63,901 nt of DNA, filler included, from Reticulomyxa filosa (GCA_000512085.1; 19 parts of 19 records of this genome joined end to end with filler, not necessarily neighbours in it), one strand, 5' to 3'. Positions 12,125 through 25,072 are shown, counted from the whole stretch's first letter. The notes: a model not told the origin generated them from the sequence alone. A program made the numbers and translations.

Positions 12125-12185
12125 AAATCGATTCTCTTTATATAGTGCCATTTAGGTATGGCAGTTTTTTTTGCAATCTACTGTA
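12125..12185 (-). mobile_element. Diverged terminal inverted repeat of a Tc1/mariner/pogo-type DNA transposon or MITE
   Basis: The minus strand reads TA|CAGTAGATTGCAAAAAAAACTGCCATACCTAAATGGCACTATATAAAGAGAATCGATTT, which aligns to the copies at 35262 and 52941. Confidence 0.7.
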
Positions 12186-12499
12186 TTAATGATAAAGTGT
12201 TAATATTATTTTTTTCTTTTCCTTGTTGACTGGCCGAGTACTATGCCTTTACTCGTTCCCGGTGTTAGTTATTTGCAGCCGTCCTATCGACATCTTTTTT
12301 GACTTATTACATAGTGCTGCAAATAATATAAAAATATCTAATTGAATAGCGAGCGATAATTACTCTTTTACACTAAAGAAAAATGTTCTTGGTCTTACTT
12401 TGTCTTGGTCAGTTGCTTTAAAACACATTTGATTTGTTTGATCTTTCGAAATATATCGGTATATCTAATCTTTCAACTTCGCAGTTTGTATGTTTCAGC

Positions 12500-14160
12500 T
12501 CCAACTTCATTTTCACGTCTGGTATTTGACCAATATCAAACGCATTTTTGGATTTGAGATTTTGGTTATCATCGATCAATATATCAATACGTTTAATTTT
12601 TGGTTACTGTTGATCTTGCTAGTCGAATAGTTTGAGATTTACATTGTTGTCAGTAAATTTACTATCCATGTGAATTTCCACATTAACATTATTTCCACTT
12701 TGATACTGGAATATAGCGTTAATTATCTTTTAACTATCGTTCTTTTAGTCTTTATAATTTATATCGCCGTTTTGTTTGTGTTCAGAAGACTATTCCAAGT
12801 ATTAACTTGATAATGTCCAAATCTTTCATTCTCCAGCAGTAGCACGTACACTAATCATCGCAGTACACTACGTGATATTGAAATTATATGAAAAATTTTT
12901 GACCATAAAAACTTTCTTTAAACTCTTTGGTGTGTTTGTCGTCTGCATCGTTGATAGTGCACTCCACCTTTTTTAAGTTGTGCTTGAACCTCATGCATGT
13001 GCCACTACAAATGCTATCGCATCCTTGGTCAATAAATGTTGAATTTGTTAACATCACATATCGATGATCACGTGTCCGTCATTCCATAAATCTTCTAGAT
13101 TTCTTTGTTACGCAACTTAATTTCTATCGCTTTAGTTTCTCTATTACTTTGCCAATTCTGACCATTTATAGAAATAAATATTGTATCTAGATTTAGTATC
13201 TTCGAATTGATCTTGTGGATTATCTAATGCAGCTTCAGTTTCTTCGAATGTTGTCAGAGTTTGGTCTAATAGCAATATTCTCACCATCTCATTTAATAAA
13301 TCTAACGCTTCCATCAATCTATCATCACATAGTTTTAATATCTTTCTCTCATGAACGTTACATTCTATCTCGTAATCAAATTCTAATTTTATTGTGATTT
13401 TTACTTGTTTCTATCTTAACACGATATTAGCTTGTCCTTTTCGAAATTTTGTCTTGAATCACAACAATTCTGCCGTTCGCTCGTCGACATAATGTTTGCT
13501 TTTAAACGCTTTGCAAATCAATGACATCATTCGTTGAAGTCGTTCAAATTTTGTGCGATCATCATCTCTTGTACGTCTGCTGAGACATGACATATCTTAA
13601 ACAAAAACAATCATATAGCTTGTACGTTGCTTTCCAAGCCAATGACTGCATTCTACATTTTGGAAAATTTTCTCTCAATGCCAATCTAGTCACGTTTTGA
13701 CATTCATTGACTGTCCAACGTATGGCCTTTTGCTCAATATTGGAACAGCCTAAGGTTCACTTTGTTCAATCTTTGGCCCAATTTGACCAACTTCTTGATA
13801 TTCTTGGTCCATTGCAACTTGTAGCCTCTTTTTTTCCAATGACTTTGTTAGCTTGTTGATATGTTTCTGTAACATTGACAATTACTCTTTAATTGCAATT
13901 TCTCATTATAGACTTCACGTGCTTCTGATTCTTGTTTTATGTCGTGTTTTTTGTCTACATGATTGTACTTTCCTTCTATCTTATTCTTTACTATCAATTG
14001 CATTTTTTGATTCTTTCTAGTTTACCGATAGCTTTGATTTTGATCATGCTGTGTCTTTTACTCGTTCTCCTATATCAGCCAATTTTTGCGTTATATAATC
14101 TTGATTTTGTATAGCGCTTAACTCTTCAACCGCTAAAAAATTTTCTCGTTCTTGCATTGC
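12500..14160 (-). mobile_element. Highly decayed LTR-retrotransposon gag-protease remnant
   Basis: The minus strand at 13140-13040 reads ETKAIEIKLRNKEI*KIYGMTDT*SSIC, i.e. the retropepsin DTG with GGA>TGA. About 260 nt further on (12830-12781) it reads MKDLDIIKLILGIVF, matching the ILGxDFL motif. A stop-riddled coiled-coil gag-like frame lies upstream. Boundaries are approximate. Confidence 0.6.
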
Positions 14161-14991
14161 TTACATTCTGAGTAACAAATGTGCAAAATGTAGGGATTGA
14201 GCTAAACTAAGTGTAATACGAAATGAACATAGTTCCGAAAATCAGTAAAAAGTAAATTGCAACAATAATTGCAACAAAATTAAGAAAGAGTAAAAAGAAA
14301 CAACGCAAAAGTGAGTTGTATTGTGAAAAATGTTTTAACACAATTAGGGCTCCACCGTTCCCTTAGCACTTAAAAAGCCTTAATAGGTCCTATCATATAA
14401 TAGTGATATTATTCCAATGTTATTTACGTTATTTTTTGCTAAATGCTTTCTTTTGCATGCTTGTTTAAATTATCGATTGATATCCAAAATATTTCAATTG
14501 ATCATAGTATATTCACGTCGTTTTTGTTGTTGTCGTTTAGTCATACTCAATTGCTTTTCATTGTTAATATTCTACCTTTACCAACAGTTTTTATTTAACT
14601 TAATCATATTATCAATGCGATCATATGCCAAAACACGTTGTCTTCGTTGTCACTGTTGTTTTACTAAGATTCTTCCACGTATCATACTGTGGCAATTGAG
14701 TATCAATCTTCTTAGAAATTCTGAGACAACATTAACTTCTCTTTCTGTACTTAAAATACTTGGCACTAACTTGAAAAGCAATATACTTATTTTTGTTTTT
14801 TAAAATAAAAACATCAAGAATAACATTTTTTATTGTGAATTAGAAGCGTGTAAACAGTTTTTTAATTACCAGATTGAACAATAATTAGAATTTTTCTTGT
14901 GAGTAGATGAAAACTGCATCACTGCTGCAAAACTTGTGCTTTTTTTGTTTTGAATCTGGGGGAAAGGCTTGTCAAAGAAAAACGAAAAATA

Positions 14992-15673
14992 ATGGTGGAA
15001 AACGATCCTGCTGCTCAGTATTCATATGGTTATAGTCCTTATTTTCAAACAACTCGTTCAGATCAACGTACCAATAAAACACATTACAAAAACTCTCGTG
15101 TGGTCACAGACAAAAGGAGAGTATGGTATGAATCACGATATCACTGGCCAAGAGAAGAGAATGAATACGAATATGGTTACCCTATACATAAATGCATCTC
15201 TTGTGTAAAAACAAAATCACAAACAAAACAAATGTTATAAAAATGACGTAATGCAAACAATTGCTGTGTTTTGAAAAATCAAATGGCACAAAGAATTCAA
15301 TCCAATGAATAACCACGATCCAAAAAGTAGAACGCATTCATCCAATGGAGGAAACTATTGGTACGGTTATTGTACACCATCCACGTACGTTCATGAGAAT
15401 AACGAATATACAGAGCGATCAAAATCAAGACAAGCAACAGCAGATGGGACATATGGAGTTGGTCCCTTTCGATACAAGAGACAGTACGGACGAGGATATG
15501 CATATGAAGACTCTCAATGTACCAATCCTTGCTGCTCTTCGCGCCGTTGGAAAGAAAGTGAGACTGACAAGCATGCTTCCAAATCGAGTCACAAACACAG
15601 CAATGCTGTTTCAACCTCGTCGAGTAAATATCAAAAGGATAAGCGATCGTATTCACATTACCGCCAGTTTTAA
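14992..15673 (+). CDS. Orphan Tyr/Ser/Arg-rich protein, two exons (14992-15175, 15294-15673)
   Basis: A GT-AG intron at 15176-15293 joins the ORFs 14950..15240 and 15305..15673 in frame. No domain recognised. Confidence 0.6.
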
Positions 15674-15977
15674 ATAAAAGAAGTATATTTTTGGGCCAAT
15701 TCGGGATAATGGGGAGAAGGAAACAAAAATAAACAAATGGACACATAAAAAAAAAAAAAANNNNNNNNNNNNNNNNNNNNNNNNNNNNNNNNNNNNNNNN
15801 NNNNTTAATTAATTAANNNNNNNNNNNNNNNNNNNNNNNNNNNNNNNNNNNNNNNNNNNNTTTTTTATTTTTTTATTTTTTTATTTTTTTATTTTTTTAT
15901 TTTTGGTTTGTATTGACTTTAGATCCAACTAGCCCAAAACAACAAACAAACAAATAAATAAATAAACAAAAACAAAC

Positions 15978-16732
15978 CAGTGGAACGACGACGAACAATG
16001 GGTGAGTCAACACGATTCGTTGCGTCACCAAAAGCTTGACCATCTAGCAGGCTATTAAAGTTTTCGATTACTGTTCGGTTATCCTCATTGTCAAGTGCTT
16101 GTGAGTCCATTATGCCATTATTGTGAGGTGTCAATAGTGCTGCGATTTCATTTCCCTTTAAACTTTCCTTTTTTTTTTTGAACAAAAAAAAATTACTAAA
16201 TATATATATATACATATATGCATACACATAATATATATGTTCATATACATGTATGTGTGTATATACATTCACACACACATATACACACACAAAAAAAAAT
16301 TGGTGAAATAAACTAAACTTTCTTGACCAATCGATTCAATTCTTCTTCCATCTCTTTTGATACGTCATCAAAATCTTCTTTGGACCATTTGTCACCAGTT
16401 ACATCTCTATCGCGAATCACATTTCTTTTTTCAATCATTCGCGACTTTTTTTAAAAAAATTTTTTTTTGATTTTTTGATTTTGTCAAGCTTATGAACCCA
16501 CGATTGTGATCCCAGATGGGGTAATGAGAAGAGAGAAAGATAAGTGAGGAAGAACTTGTCAAAAAACAAAAAAACCTAAACGAAACAACTCTACGAATTT
16601 GAGATGCTTGAAACTCTTTTTCCATGAAATTGTCATGTTCCTTTTGCTTCTCATCGTCGTCCTCATCATCGGCTTGTTTTTTCTTATCTTTGCTTTGGAT
16701 GGAGGACTTTCTGGTATTGTTATCGTTCAAAC

Positions 16733-16784
<52 letters not shown>

Positions 16785-17280
16785 GCTATTGCTGTTGCTG
16801 CTATTGTTATTGTTATTGTTGCTCTTATTGCTTGCCACTTTTTTCGCGTTTGGCTTGGCAGTGTCCACATCACTCGGAGGGTTGGATGATACTTGCACTG
16901 ACTCATCCTCCTCTTCCAATTCACTCTCACTATTTTGTGTTCTTTTTTTTTTTAAAAAAAAAAAAAAAAGATTGTGTTATTGGAATTGGGCAAATTTATT
17001 ATATATGTACATATATAATAAATTGGGTCAATTCAATGTAAGTTGTATGTGCATTGAACATACATCCTCATCTTCTAGTTGGCTGGATCTTTCGTAGGTA
17101 ATTTGATATGCCACTTGCGCCTCGTCGACTTCCGTTGCGGGGTCGTTTTCCATGTTTTGTAGTCCCAGACGAATCTTTTGCCTGATTTTCTCCACCTCTT
17201 CACTGTTGCTGTCGTTCCGTAGCCAAGCCAAAAATGAATCTTTGTCCAGGTAGCCATTGTCTAGATTTTTACATTCATTC
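15978..17280 (-). CDS. Internal exons of an acidic, poly-Asn protein with a possible EF-hand
   Basis: ORF pieces 17028..17282 (NLDNGYLDKDSFLAWL, EF-hand-like), 16431..16919 and 15919..16290 are separated by intron-like T/A and (AT)n tracts. Confidence 0.5.
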
Positions 17281-17440
17281 ATTCAATCCCCCCCCCTTCC
17301 ATTTCCGTTTATTTCATTTGTATTTTTTTTTTTTTTTTNNNNNNNNNNNNNNNNNNNNNNNNNNNNNNNNNNNNNNNNNNNNTTAATTAATTAANNNNNN
17401 NNNNNNNNNNNNNNNNNNNNNNNNNNNNNNNNNNNNNNAA

Positions 17441-18412
17441 GCTACAGAACGTATCTGCGAGCTGAAGGGAGGGCTGGTCGCGCTAGACGCTCTGCTGCCG
17501 GCCGTCATCGACACCCTATCAGCCGCGGGTCTGAACCGGCTGACCGTCTCGTTCGACGCCCATGCCGAGGTCGCGCGAACCCTGATGCTGAACTCGCAGA
17601 TGTCCGACGTGGTGATCGCGGCCTTTGAAAGGGAAGTTGCGCGCAATAGCGCACTGCTGCGACGCGGCCAGTCGCAGGCTCCCTCGGCAATGGCACCGCC
17701 AGGTCTGGACCCTTTGCTGCGCACAGCAACACGCGTGAGTGCCATTGTCGGCACAACCCTGCTGTGTCGCCACGCAGGCTTCTTCTTCCGGCGCGGCGGC
17801 CAACTGTTCCTGGTTAGCACGCGGCAGGCTCTCGTCGGGCATCAGGAAACATCGCGCCCGGACCGGATCGAAACTCAGCTGCCCGCGGACGCGCAAGGCG
17901 GGACGATCCTCAGCTTGAGCTTTCCGACACTAGCCTCGAGCGGCCATCGGAGATGTCGCGAAGTACCTGACGTCGATGTGGCCGTCATGGCGCTCGATCC
18001 CGCTGAGCTGCCCGCCTCGGCGATGCTGCTGGCCTTCGATGAATCACACCTTGAAGTCCGCGGGGAAAGCGTTAGCGTCGGTGACCCGGTGTCCGCCGTG
18101 CGCTTGTCGCTCGTCGATTCCGCGCATGCTCGGCACATGCCTCTTGCGCGCAGCGGTGCGATTGCTTCGTCTTATGGTCTTCGATTTGAAGACACAGCGA
18201 GCTTCCTCACGGAAATGCACTCTCATCCCGAGAGTGGCGGGTCCCCTATTGTGCGTCGCCGAACCGTCGGCCGCACAGGCAAGGGACTTGAAGGATGGCA
18301 GTTGATCGGAGTCCACAGCCACGACGCCGTAGCCGGCCGGGAGGGGTCAAGCCCGGCTCTGCATCGAGCTTGGTACGCGGACATCTTGATGGCCATGTCC
18401 GAGGCTTGCTGA
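17441..18412 (+). CDS. Bacterial trypsin-like (Trypsin_2) serine protease homologue with N-terminal helical extension; 5' partial; probable contaminant contig
   Basis: GC-rich and intronless. The frame is open from the contig start (ATERICELKGGLVALDALLP...). Family motifs: AGFFFRRGGQLFLVSTRQ, PDRIE, VDVAVMALD, IASSYGLRF, SGGSPIV, WQLIGVHS, AWYADILM. Confidence 0.85.
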   Translation, partial: ATERICELKGGLVALDALLPAVIDTLSAAGLNRLTVSFDAHAEVARTLMLNSQMSDVVIAAFEREVARNSALLRRGQSQAPSAMAPPGLDPLLRTATRVSAIVGTTLLCRHAGFFFRRGGQLFLVSTRQALVGHQETSRPDRIETQLPADAQGGTILSLSFPTLASSGHRRCREVPDVDVAVMALDPAELPASAMLLAFDESHLEVRGESVSVGDPVSAVRLSLVDSAHARHMPLARSGAIASSYGLRFEDTASFLTEMHSHPESGGSPIVRRRTVGRTGKGLEGWQLIGVHSHDAVAGREGSSPALHRAWYADILMAMSEAC

Positions 18413-18545
18413 CGCATCTGGCTTCCGGCGGTCGCCCGCTTCCTGNNNNNNNNNNNNNNNNNNNNNNNNNNNNNNNNNNNNNNNNNNNNTTAATTAATTA
18501 ANNNNNNNNNNNNNNNNNNNNNNNNNNNNNNNNNNNNNNNNNNNN

Positions 18546-19600
18546 ACAACAACAACAACAACAAGGTCTTGTTTGCTGCCATTCAAGCCTATCAAAGTCC
18601 CCAAAACTATACGAAATTAAAATGCCACGACATTCGCGCTTTATCTCAGGCTTTACAATATCTTACACCACCTCGCTTTATTGCAAAGCTATTGTATTTC
18701 TACCAGTTGCATGATTGGTAATAATAACTACCATATATGTATATGTATATATGTATATGTATGTTTTATATACATATATGTAATATGCATATGTATGCGT
18801 AAAAAGGTTTGTAACGAACGCGATTGTAAAGATACACTCGACAGAAAGAATAGCAAAGGAATTAACAGACGACTTTGAATCGGGCTGGATACATTGGTGC
18901 AATAGCACACAGACATTGGAAATGGTAGAGCGATTGCTTGTGCAGTTGATTGAGCTGGTCAGTGAACCACAACTGCGAGTCTGTCGCGGGACTGATGCGG
19001 ATAGCGACGAAACGAGTTTGGAGTACGAGCTCATCCATTGGCTGGCTCTCCACAAGGCGACGTACAGTGAGTTGTGTCAAAGAGTGGAAGCGATGCATGA
19101 GAAAGTCAATTGCACACGAGTGCTGCAGCGCATTGCAGATCATAAAGAGCCTGAAGCAAGTGAAAGCGGCAAATTTCGGCTCAAACATAAGCACTACGTC
19201 AATGTCAATCCTTACTTTCATAAGTATACTGAAACCGAAAAGCAACAAGTGTTGCAAGTGCTTCAAGCCAAAGCTGAACAATTGGTTACCAACAGTTTAG
19301 TCAAAACAAAACAAAAAATTTCTAAACGAACAAAATGTAATGTTTGATAAAAAAAAAAAAAAAGGTGATCCTTCAAAGGCAGACAAAAAAAAAGAGAGTG
19401 ACCAATTGTTATGGTCGTCGCAATGGTTGACTGTCACGTACAGTGACAGAGAAGGACTGGAACTACTTGGCACCTCGTGGATGGCGATCATGTGGAATTG
19501 CGTGTTGCATCATACGTTTGTCAATGATACTCAGCGATTTACTCCAAATGCTTTTGCACATTGTTTGCGCTTAATTGCTTTGGCCATTGAGGTATACATA

Positions 19601-19634
<34 letters not shown>

Positions 19635-20790
19635 CATATATATATGTATATATATTAATTACATATGATTTTTGTTTGTAAAGACGCTATGCAATGGGAA
19701 GATCAGCAAACAAGACAAACTATTTGGACAAATAGTCCGCAATTTGACCAGTCGCTTCCACTTCCGTTTGACCAATGGCTTCGATTACAGACAACACGAA
19801 GAAATAATGAAGAACAGAGAGACACAGCGACTGAAACAGGCAAGCGTCTCGTGTTCGAATGAGCAAGTCGCCGCCAAAATAAAGGAGCATTTGGACAGCA
19901 TTTCAAACCCGCCAATCCAGTCCATGTACCACGATCCCGAAATCGTGGAATTCTTGAACAAATTGGAGCTTTTCAAAAAGCGACATGTCAACCTTTACTC
20001 CTGCGAAGAAAAAGAGCACTGTTTTGTTTGTCCTCTTTGCAATACTAGAAGAGAGTGAGAGTGAGAGAGAAGAAGAAGAAGAAGAAGAAGAAGAGGAGGA
20101 GGAGGAGGAGAACAAGGGAAGAAAGGTAATCACAATCACACATTACATGTAACAGTTGTAATAAGTCAAGATCACATTCTACGTAAGTCGCGACGACAAT
20201 TGAGAGGCTTACTCCACCAAGATCAACTGGTTACGTCAGAAACAACGGAGCAGAAATACCCGACGGAAAGCTCAGCTTCGATGATGGACGAACTTCGCTA
20301 TGATTGGAACGAACAAGTCAGCAGCTGCAATAGCAACGAGATAGACTTGCCGCCAAAGGTTGGAACTGTGGTGTGGTATTTATGTCAGTTTGTGATCAGA
20401 CCTCCTTCCTCCGTCGCGGAGACGGTCCTGACCAATGCCACGCTTCAACTACTTGAGACGCTGCTATCCAAATGCTATGCTCTGAACGACCCGGTCTTGC
20501 GCGATGCCATTGATCCATATTGGACTCCTGTGCAATCCATACTCACATATAATCCTTTTGAAACCGTGGACAATAAGGAAGAGAAAGAGGAAGAAAAAAA
20601 GTTTATATACAAAAAAAAAAAATAATAAATAGATCAGTACAGCAAATTACACAAACATAATGTTAGACAAATGAGTCACCAGAACATTAGCTACGAAAAA
20701 ATACAACCACATAATTATCCGTGTGCTGTATGTAGTTCCATTCAAAATCACGACTCGATTGGATTGATTGCATTTGCAACTGTTCAGACA
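18546..20790 (+). CDS. UBR1/2/3-type N-recognin E3 ubiquitin ligase, internal fragment, multi-exon
   Basis: LEYELIHWLALHKATYSEL...VLQRIADHKEP...GKFRLK...NPYFHKYTETEKQ is the UBR winged-helix region. CLRLIALAIE follows, and YPCAVCSS...IGLIAF marks the start of the UBR RING. Confidence 0.8.
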
Positions 20791-20953
20791 TATATACATA
20801 TATATATACACGTACATACATACATGCATATATACGTACATATACACATGCATNNNNNNNNNNNNNNNNNNNNNNNNNNNNNNNNNNNNNNNNNNNNTTA
20901 ATTAATTAANNNNNNNNNNNNNNNNNNNNNNNNNNNNNNNNNNNNNNNNNNNN

Positions 20954-21452
20954 TTATTATTATTATTATTATTATTATCATTGTTATTTGTGTCATCCAA
21001 ACAATGATGCAACTCCCCACACGTACGGTAATACAACGGGGTAATAACTTGATCCAACAAGTGAATCAAAGCCATATGGATCACTGACTTGCCTTCCAAA
21101 TGTATCGACGCATATGTGTTCATCAACAAGTACACACTTGTCCAATTCCCCTCCGTAATCAACGTGAGCAACAGCTGGATCAACGACGAGTCCACCCACG
21201 TCACGTGGTGGTAGTTGGTACACGTCTCCTCCCACTTCTGCTTCTCCTCTTCCGCTTGCTTCATCTGCTCCTCCGACCAATTCAAGTTCATCGAAGTCTC
21301 CGCCTTCTCGCGCTTCCGCTCGCACTCTTCGTACATGTTGCGGTCTTTCTGCAGCTCCTCTTTGGTCGGGCGCAAGTGTGGTAATAAGTGTTCCAATCGC
21401 ACCATTTTGTGATACAATAAATCTGAACAGAGTCGATATAATGACGTTGGTA

Positions 21453-21498
<46 letters not shown>

Positions 21499-22076
21499 GT
21501 AATTATTGTAACATTGCAAACGAAATCCAATAATCGTCGCAATTTGAATTGGGCGATAATATTTTTTCAAAAAAGAGATCATAGCCGCATCTTTTGGAAT
21601 GCGTTCCAAAGCAGACAACAAAATGTCCAATACTCGATTGGGGTCCAAATGAAATTGTCCAATGATATCGAATATACGCTCATCCAAATTATTATTATTA
21701 TTATTTTATTGTTATTGTTATTGTTATTGTTATTGTTGATATAATCAAGATTAGTGCCATGCCCATTTCTTTGCTTTTCTTGAATGTATTCCGCTAACTC
21801 GCATATCATCTTCGCATATCCTTCGTTCGACTCAATCAACAAATTGTACTTGTTTTGGCTGAAACGAAGTTTCGTTCGCTTCCTCGTTTCCAACACTTTG
21901 ATCAGGTTTTTCACATTCTTACCCGGAGGCAGTCGCACATGCGTAAACGTTTTAATTCGTTGCACACTTCCGAGGGGACTTTCAATTTCATTGCATTGCT
22001 TCCAAAATAAGGCTTTTATTATTATTATTTATCCATTTAAACAAGAAGTGACGCATTTTCGCAACAAATTATACCC

Positions 22077-22118
<42 letters not shown>

Positions 22119-22691
22119 TTATTCTCAACTTTGAGCAAACGAAGCAACGAAACATAACGCGCTTGCATTTGTTCAAGCAACGTCTTCTTTGAATCGTCGG
22201 TGTTGAGTTGTCTGTTACAATCCAAGCTGGGATCGATCCTCATCCAAATAAACTGGATCACGTCGAGCATTACATATTGGGCAGCCATTGGCACTTGAGA
22301 TATTCCACTCGATTCAAACAACTTAACAACACATTAATCAACCCATACACAAAAACGAGTTGCAATTTATTTAAACAAACACAAAACAAATAAATAAACA
22401 AACCTTTTGAATTGGAGGTGCGTAACTCCATACCAAATAGGCATTAAATAAGTCACTTGTAAAAACCCACAACTCGTTATACGCCTCTAAACTCTGCGGG
22501 ATTGTTGGCAAAAAGTCCAGCTTTGATTCATTTGATCCTCCGGCTTGCGTCTCGCTTTCTTTCTCAAACGGCCCACAGAGCTTTGACAATCGTTTCGACA
22601 AATCCAATATTTGACCGTCATTTGACGCAGTAGTCCAAGATGCCTCGGGATAGTTGCTCTCTGCCAAACTTGTCAAATTATCAAGACTCAT
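20954..22691 (-). CDS. THOC2: THO complex subunit 2, N-terminal part; multi-exon, 3' partial
   Basis: Conserved THOC2 motifs: RTKLRFSQNKYNLLIESNEGYAKMICEL, IFDIIGQFHLDPNRVLDILL, IIGFRLQCY, PTSLYRL...LLPHLRP. Confidence 0.92.
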
Positions 22692-23795
22692 CAATGCTAT
22701 ATAAAATATACGTATGACCCCAATTTTTTTTTTTAAAACTTTTGTAGAATCATAACCAAAAGACAAATTCTTTGAAAATATTCCAACAAGCGAAACAGCT
22801 TGATATTCAAATTAAACTTTTCAAATTTTCAAAATTATAACAAAAAACAGGACTGTCTACGAAAGAATTTTCTCTGACACGTAAAAAAAAGGGCGTAATT
22901 AAGTTCACATACGGCACAAAAATAATTTTTCAAAGAAAAAATTAAGTAAAAGTAACCGACGAGAAGAGTGGAAGACAAGAAAATCCCAAAAGAAACAAAA
23001 ACTGTAGTATTGAACAACAGTGCTTCGATAAAAAAAGATGTTGCAACCGAATCAACCAGAACGATTTAAATTACTTAGTTTGTAAACAAGTTGACAACGA
23101 TCATATTAAAATCAAAGAAACTGCCACGTGTATTCAGAATTCAAATTTTACTTTGACTGTGAAATTTGTTGAAACATTGAGTTTGTGCTTCATTTTGACA
23201 GTACAATTGTATTGTTTAATCTTTCTACGTACAAAGACACAAGGATCAAATTTACAAATTGTGACTGATGTTTAATGGACAATTCCCATTAGTCGAAAAA
23301 TATACAGTGCTTGTAAAATATAAACATATAGTCGCTGTTATTGTTCGTTACATCCAGTACAACTGTTAAAAAGTAGTAGTATTAATAAAGAGTTGAATTA
23401 AATAACATTTTATACTATTGGAAAACTGATGCCAAAAATTGAGTTTAATGATTAAATGGAAATAAAGACAAATTAAAAAGTCAAAAGAAAAAAATTTTAT
23501 TAAATAAAACATAAAATAAATTGACTATTTGCCACATAGCGTTGTACTATAATGTACAAAATTAGACAGTCAAAAATTTGATCCAAAAGTAAGTGTAAAA
23601 AAAAATTATTTAGTAAAACAAAAATAAACATTAAACAGACTTAAAATAAAATAACAAAAGCATATTTGTTAAAAATTTGCAAAAAAAATTAAACAAAAAA
23701 ATATTTTAAAACAAAACATAAAATCATCTTTGCATCAAATAAAACATTAGACTGAAAAAAATACAAATTTAAAAAAAAAGAAAAAAGGTAAAAAT

Positions 23796-23857
23796 GAAAA
23801 AGTATTGGTTTATATCCGGCGTCGTTCTACGACGAAGATAAAAACCAGTACTTTTTC
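23796..23857. repeat. Long imperfect inverted repeat (hairpin)
   Basis: GAAAAAGTATTGGTTTATATC-CGG-CGTCGT(TCT)ACGACG-AA-GATAAAAACCAGTACTTTTTC pairs almost end to end. Confidence 0.85.
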
Positions 23858-25072
23858 TTTTTTGTATTTTTTTTTATCCAGGACGAAAATCTAGCTAGAT
23901 CAGTATAAAGGGGTCCGTTCAGAATTTTCTTAAGGAATTATTCAACAATTAACAGCAAGTAATGCAGAATATTACGTGATAATCCAGTAGCTGACGAAAT
24001 AATGAGTTTTCGTAGTTTTAATCAAAAAAGTGTATTAGTCTTAACAATTTAGGATATCTAGTGAAAGAAAAGATAAATTTGTTTGTTACATACGTAGTAA
24101 AGAAAATTTGAATTGCAATAAAGAATAAATACTTTTAGTAAAAGGGCAAATGGCATTTCGAGATATTGTTTTGCAATCTCAAAGCGTCAAGGTCAGCCAT
24201 TTAAAGATTGTTTTTACTAAACATACACTAGTCAAAAACTTCAACTAGTTACATGATAATGATGCTGATAATCTGAAAGATATTTACATCAACTGTATAC
24301 AAAACTTTATAGTACTCAACTACAAACACCAAGATCAATGACTTGCAGAATAACGACAATCAAGGGTAAAATTGCATGATAGCTTCTTGTAGAAAAGTAA
24401 AATCAACTACTTGAAACAAATCAGAAACAATTATTAGCATAATGCAAAAAATAAGTACTCGCAGAACAGTAAAAATAACTACTTACAAAACAACAAAGAA
24501 ACTTATGTGCAAATTGATAGTACAACTATTTGCAAATAAGTAGCAACAATCATTTTCGAAAGGACATTGACAAACACCTACTTAACAACAATGAATCACA
24601 AAATATCAATACCAACAAATTGCCATTGATATAGTTGAAGACTGTTATTCACATTGTTTTGAATCATTCGAAATAACTACTTTTTGGTTTGATTGAACCA
24701 TTTTAGCACAATAGATCTGAGAAATTGAAAATAATTTTTGAATAAGAATGTTTTTTGTTTGTATTGTGTTGGTAATGTAGTGATATCAACATTTTTCAAA
24801 ATTTTTAAAAATGTTTACAGTGGTTCATTTTAAGGAGATTTTTTTTTGTTCAGACGCATGCATCAACAACAATTTCTGTATAAAGTTTAAAATTATGCAT
24901 GGTCAAATTGTGTTTTTATATAAAAAAAAATGAAGAAAGAAGAAATTTGTGATAAATGCATTTGTATATCACGATTTTCGAATTTTAGAAATGAAAAAGG
25001 TAAAAAAAGTTATAAACAAACAAAAAACCATTTGCAACAATTTTTTATCAAAGTTGTTTGTTTGTTTTTTTT

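Noticed and set aside
13062-13076. In-frame TGA codons at conserved positions (here and near 63848) as selenocysteine or an alternative genetic code
   Set aside because: They sit in sequences that also carry frameshifts and other stops. Intact genes in the window use TGA, TAA and TAG as normal stops.
14345-14360. Minus-strand CGGTGGAGCCC upstream of the gag-like region as a possible tRNA primer-binding site
   Set aside because: It lacks the TGG start and no LTR boundary or second LTR is visible. Too weak to call.
23985-24020. CTGACGA suggesting a hammerhead ribozyme core
   Set aside because: No stem II plus GAAA and no cleavage-site helix follow. It is a simple hairpin.
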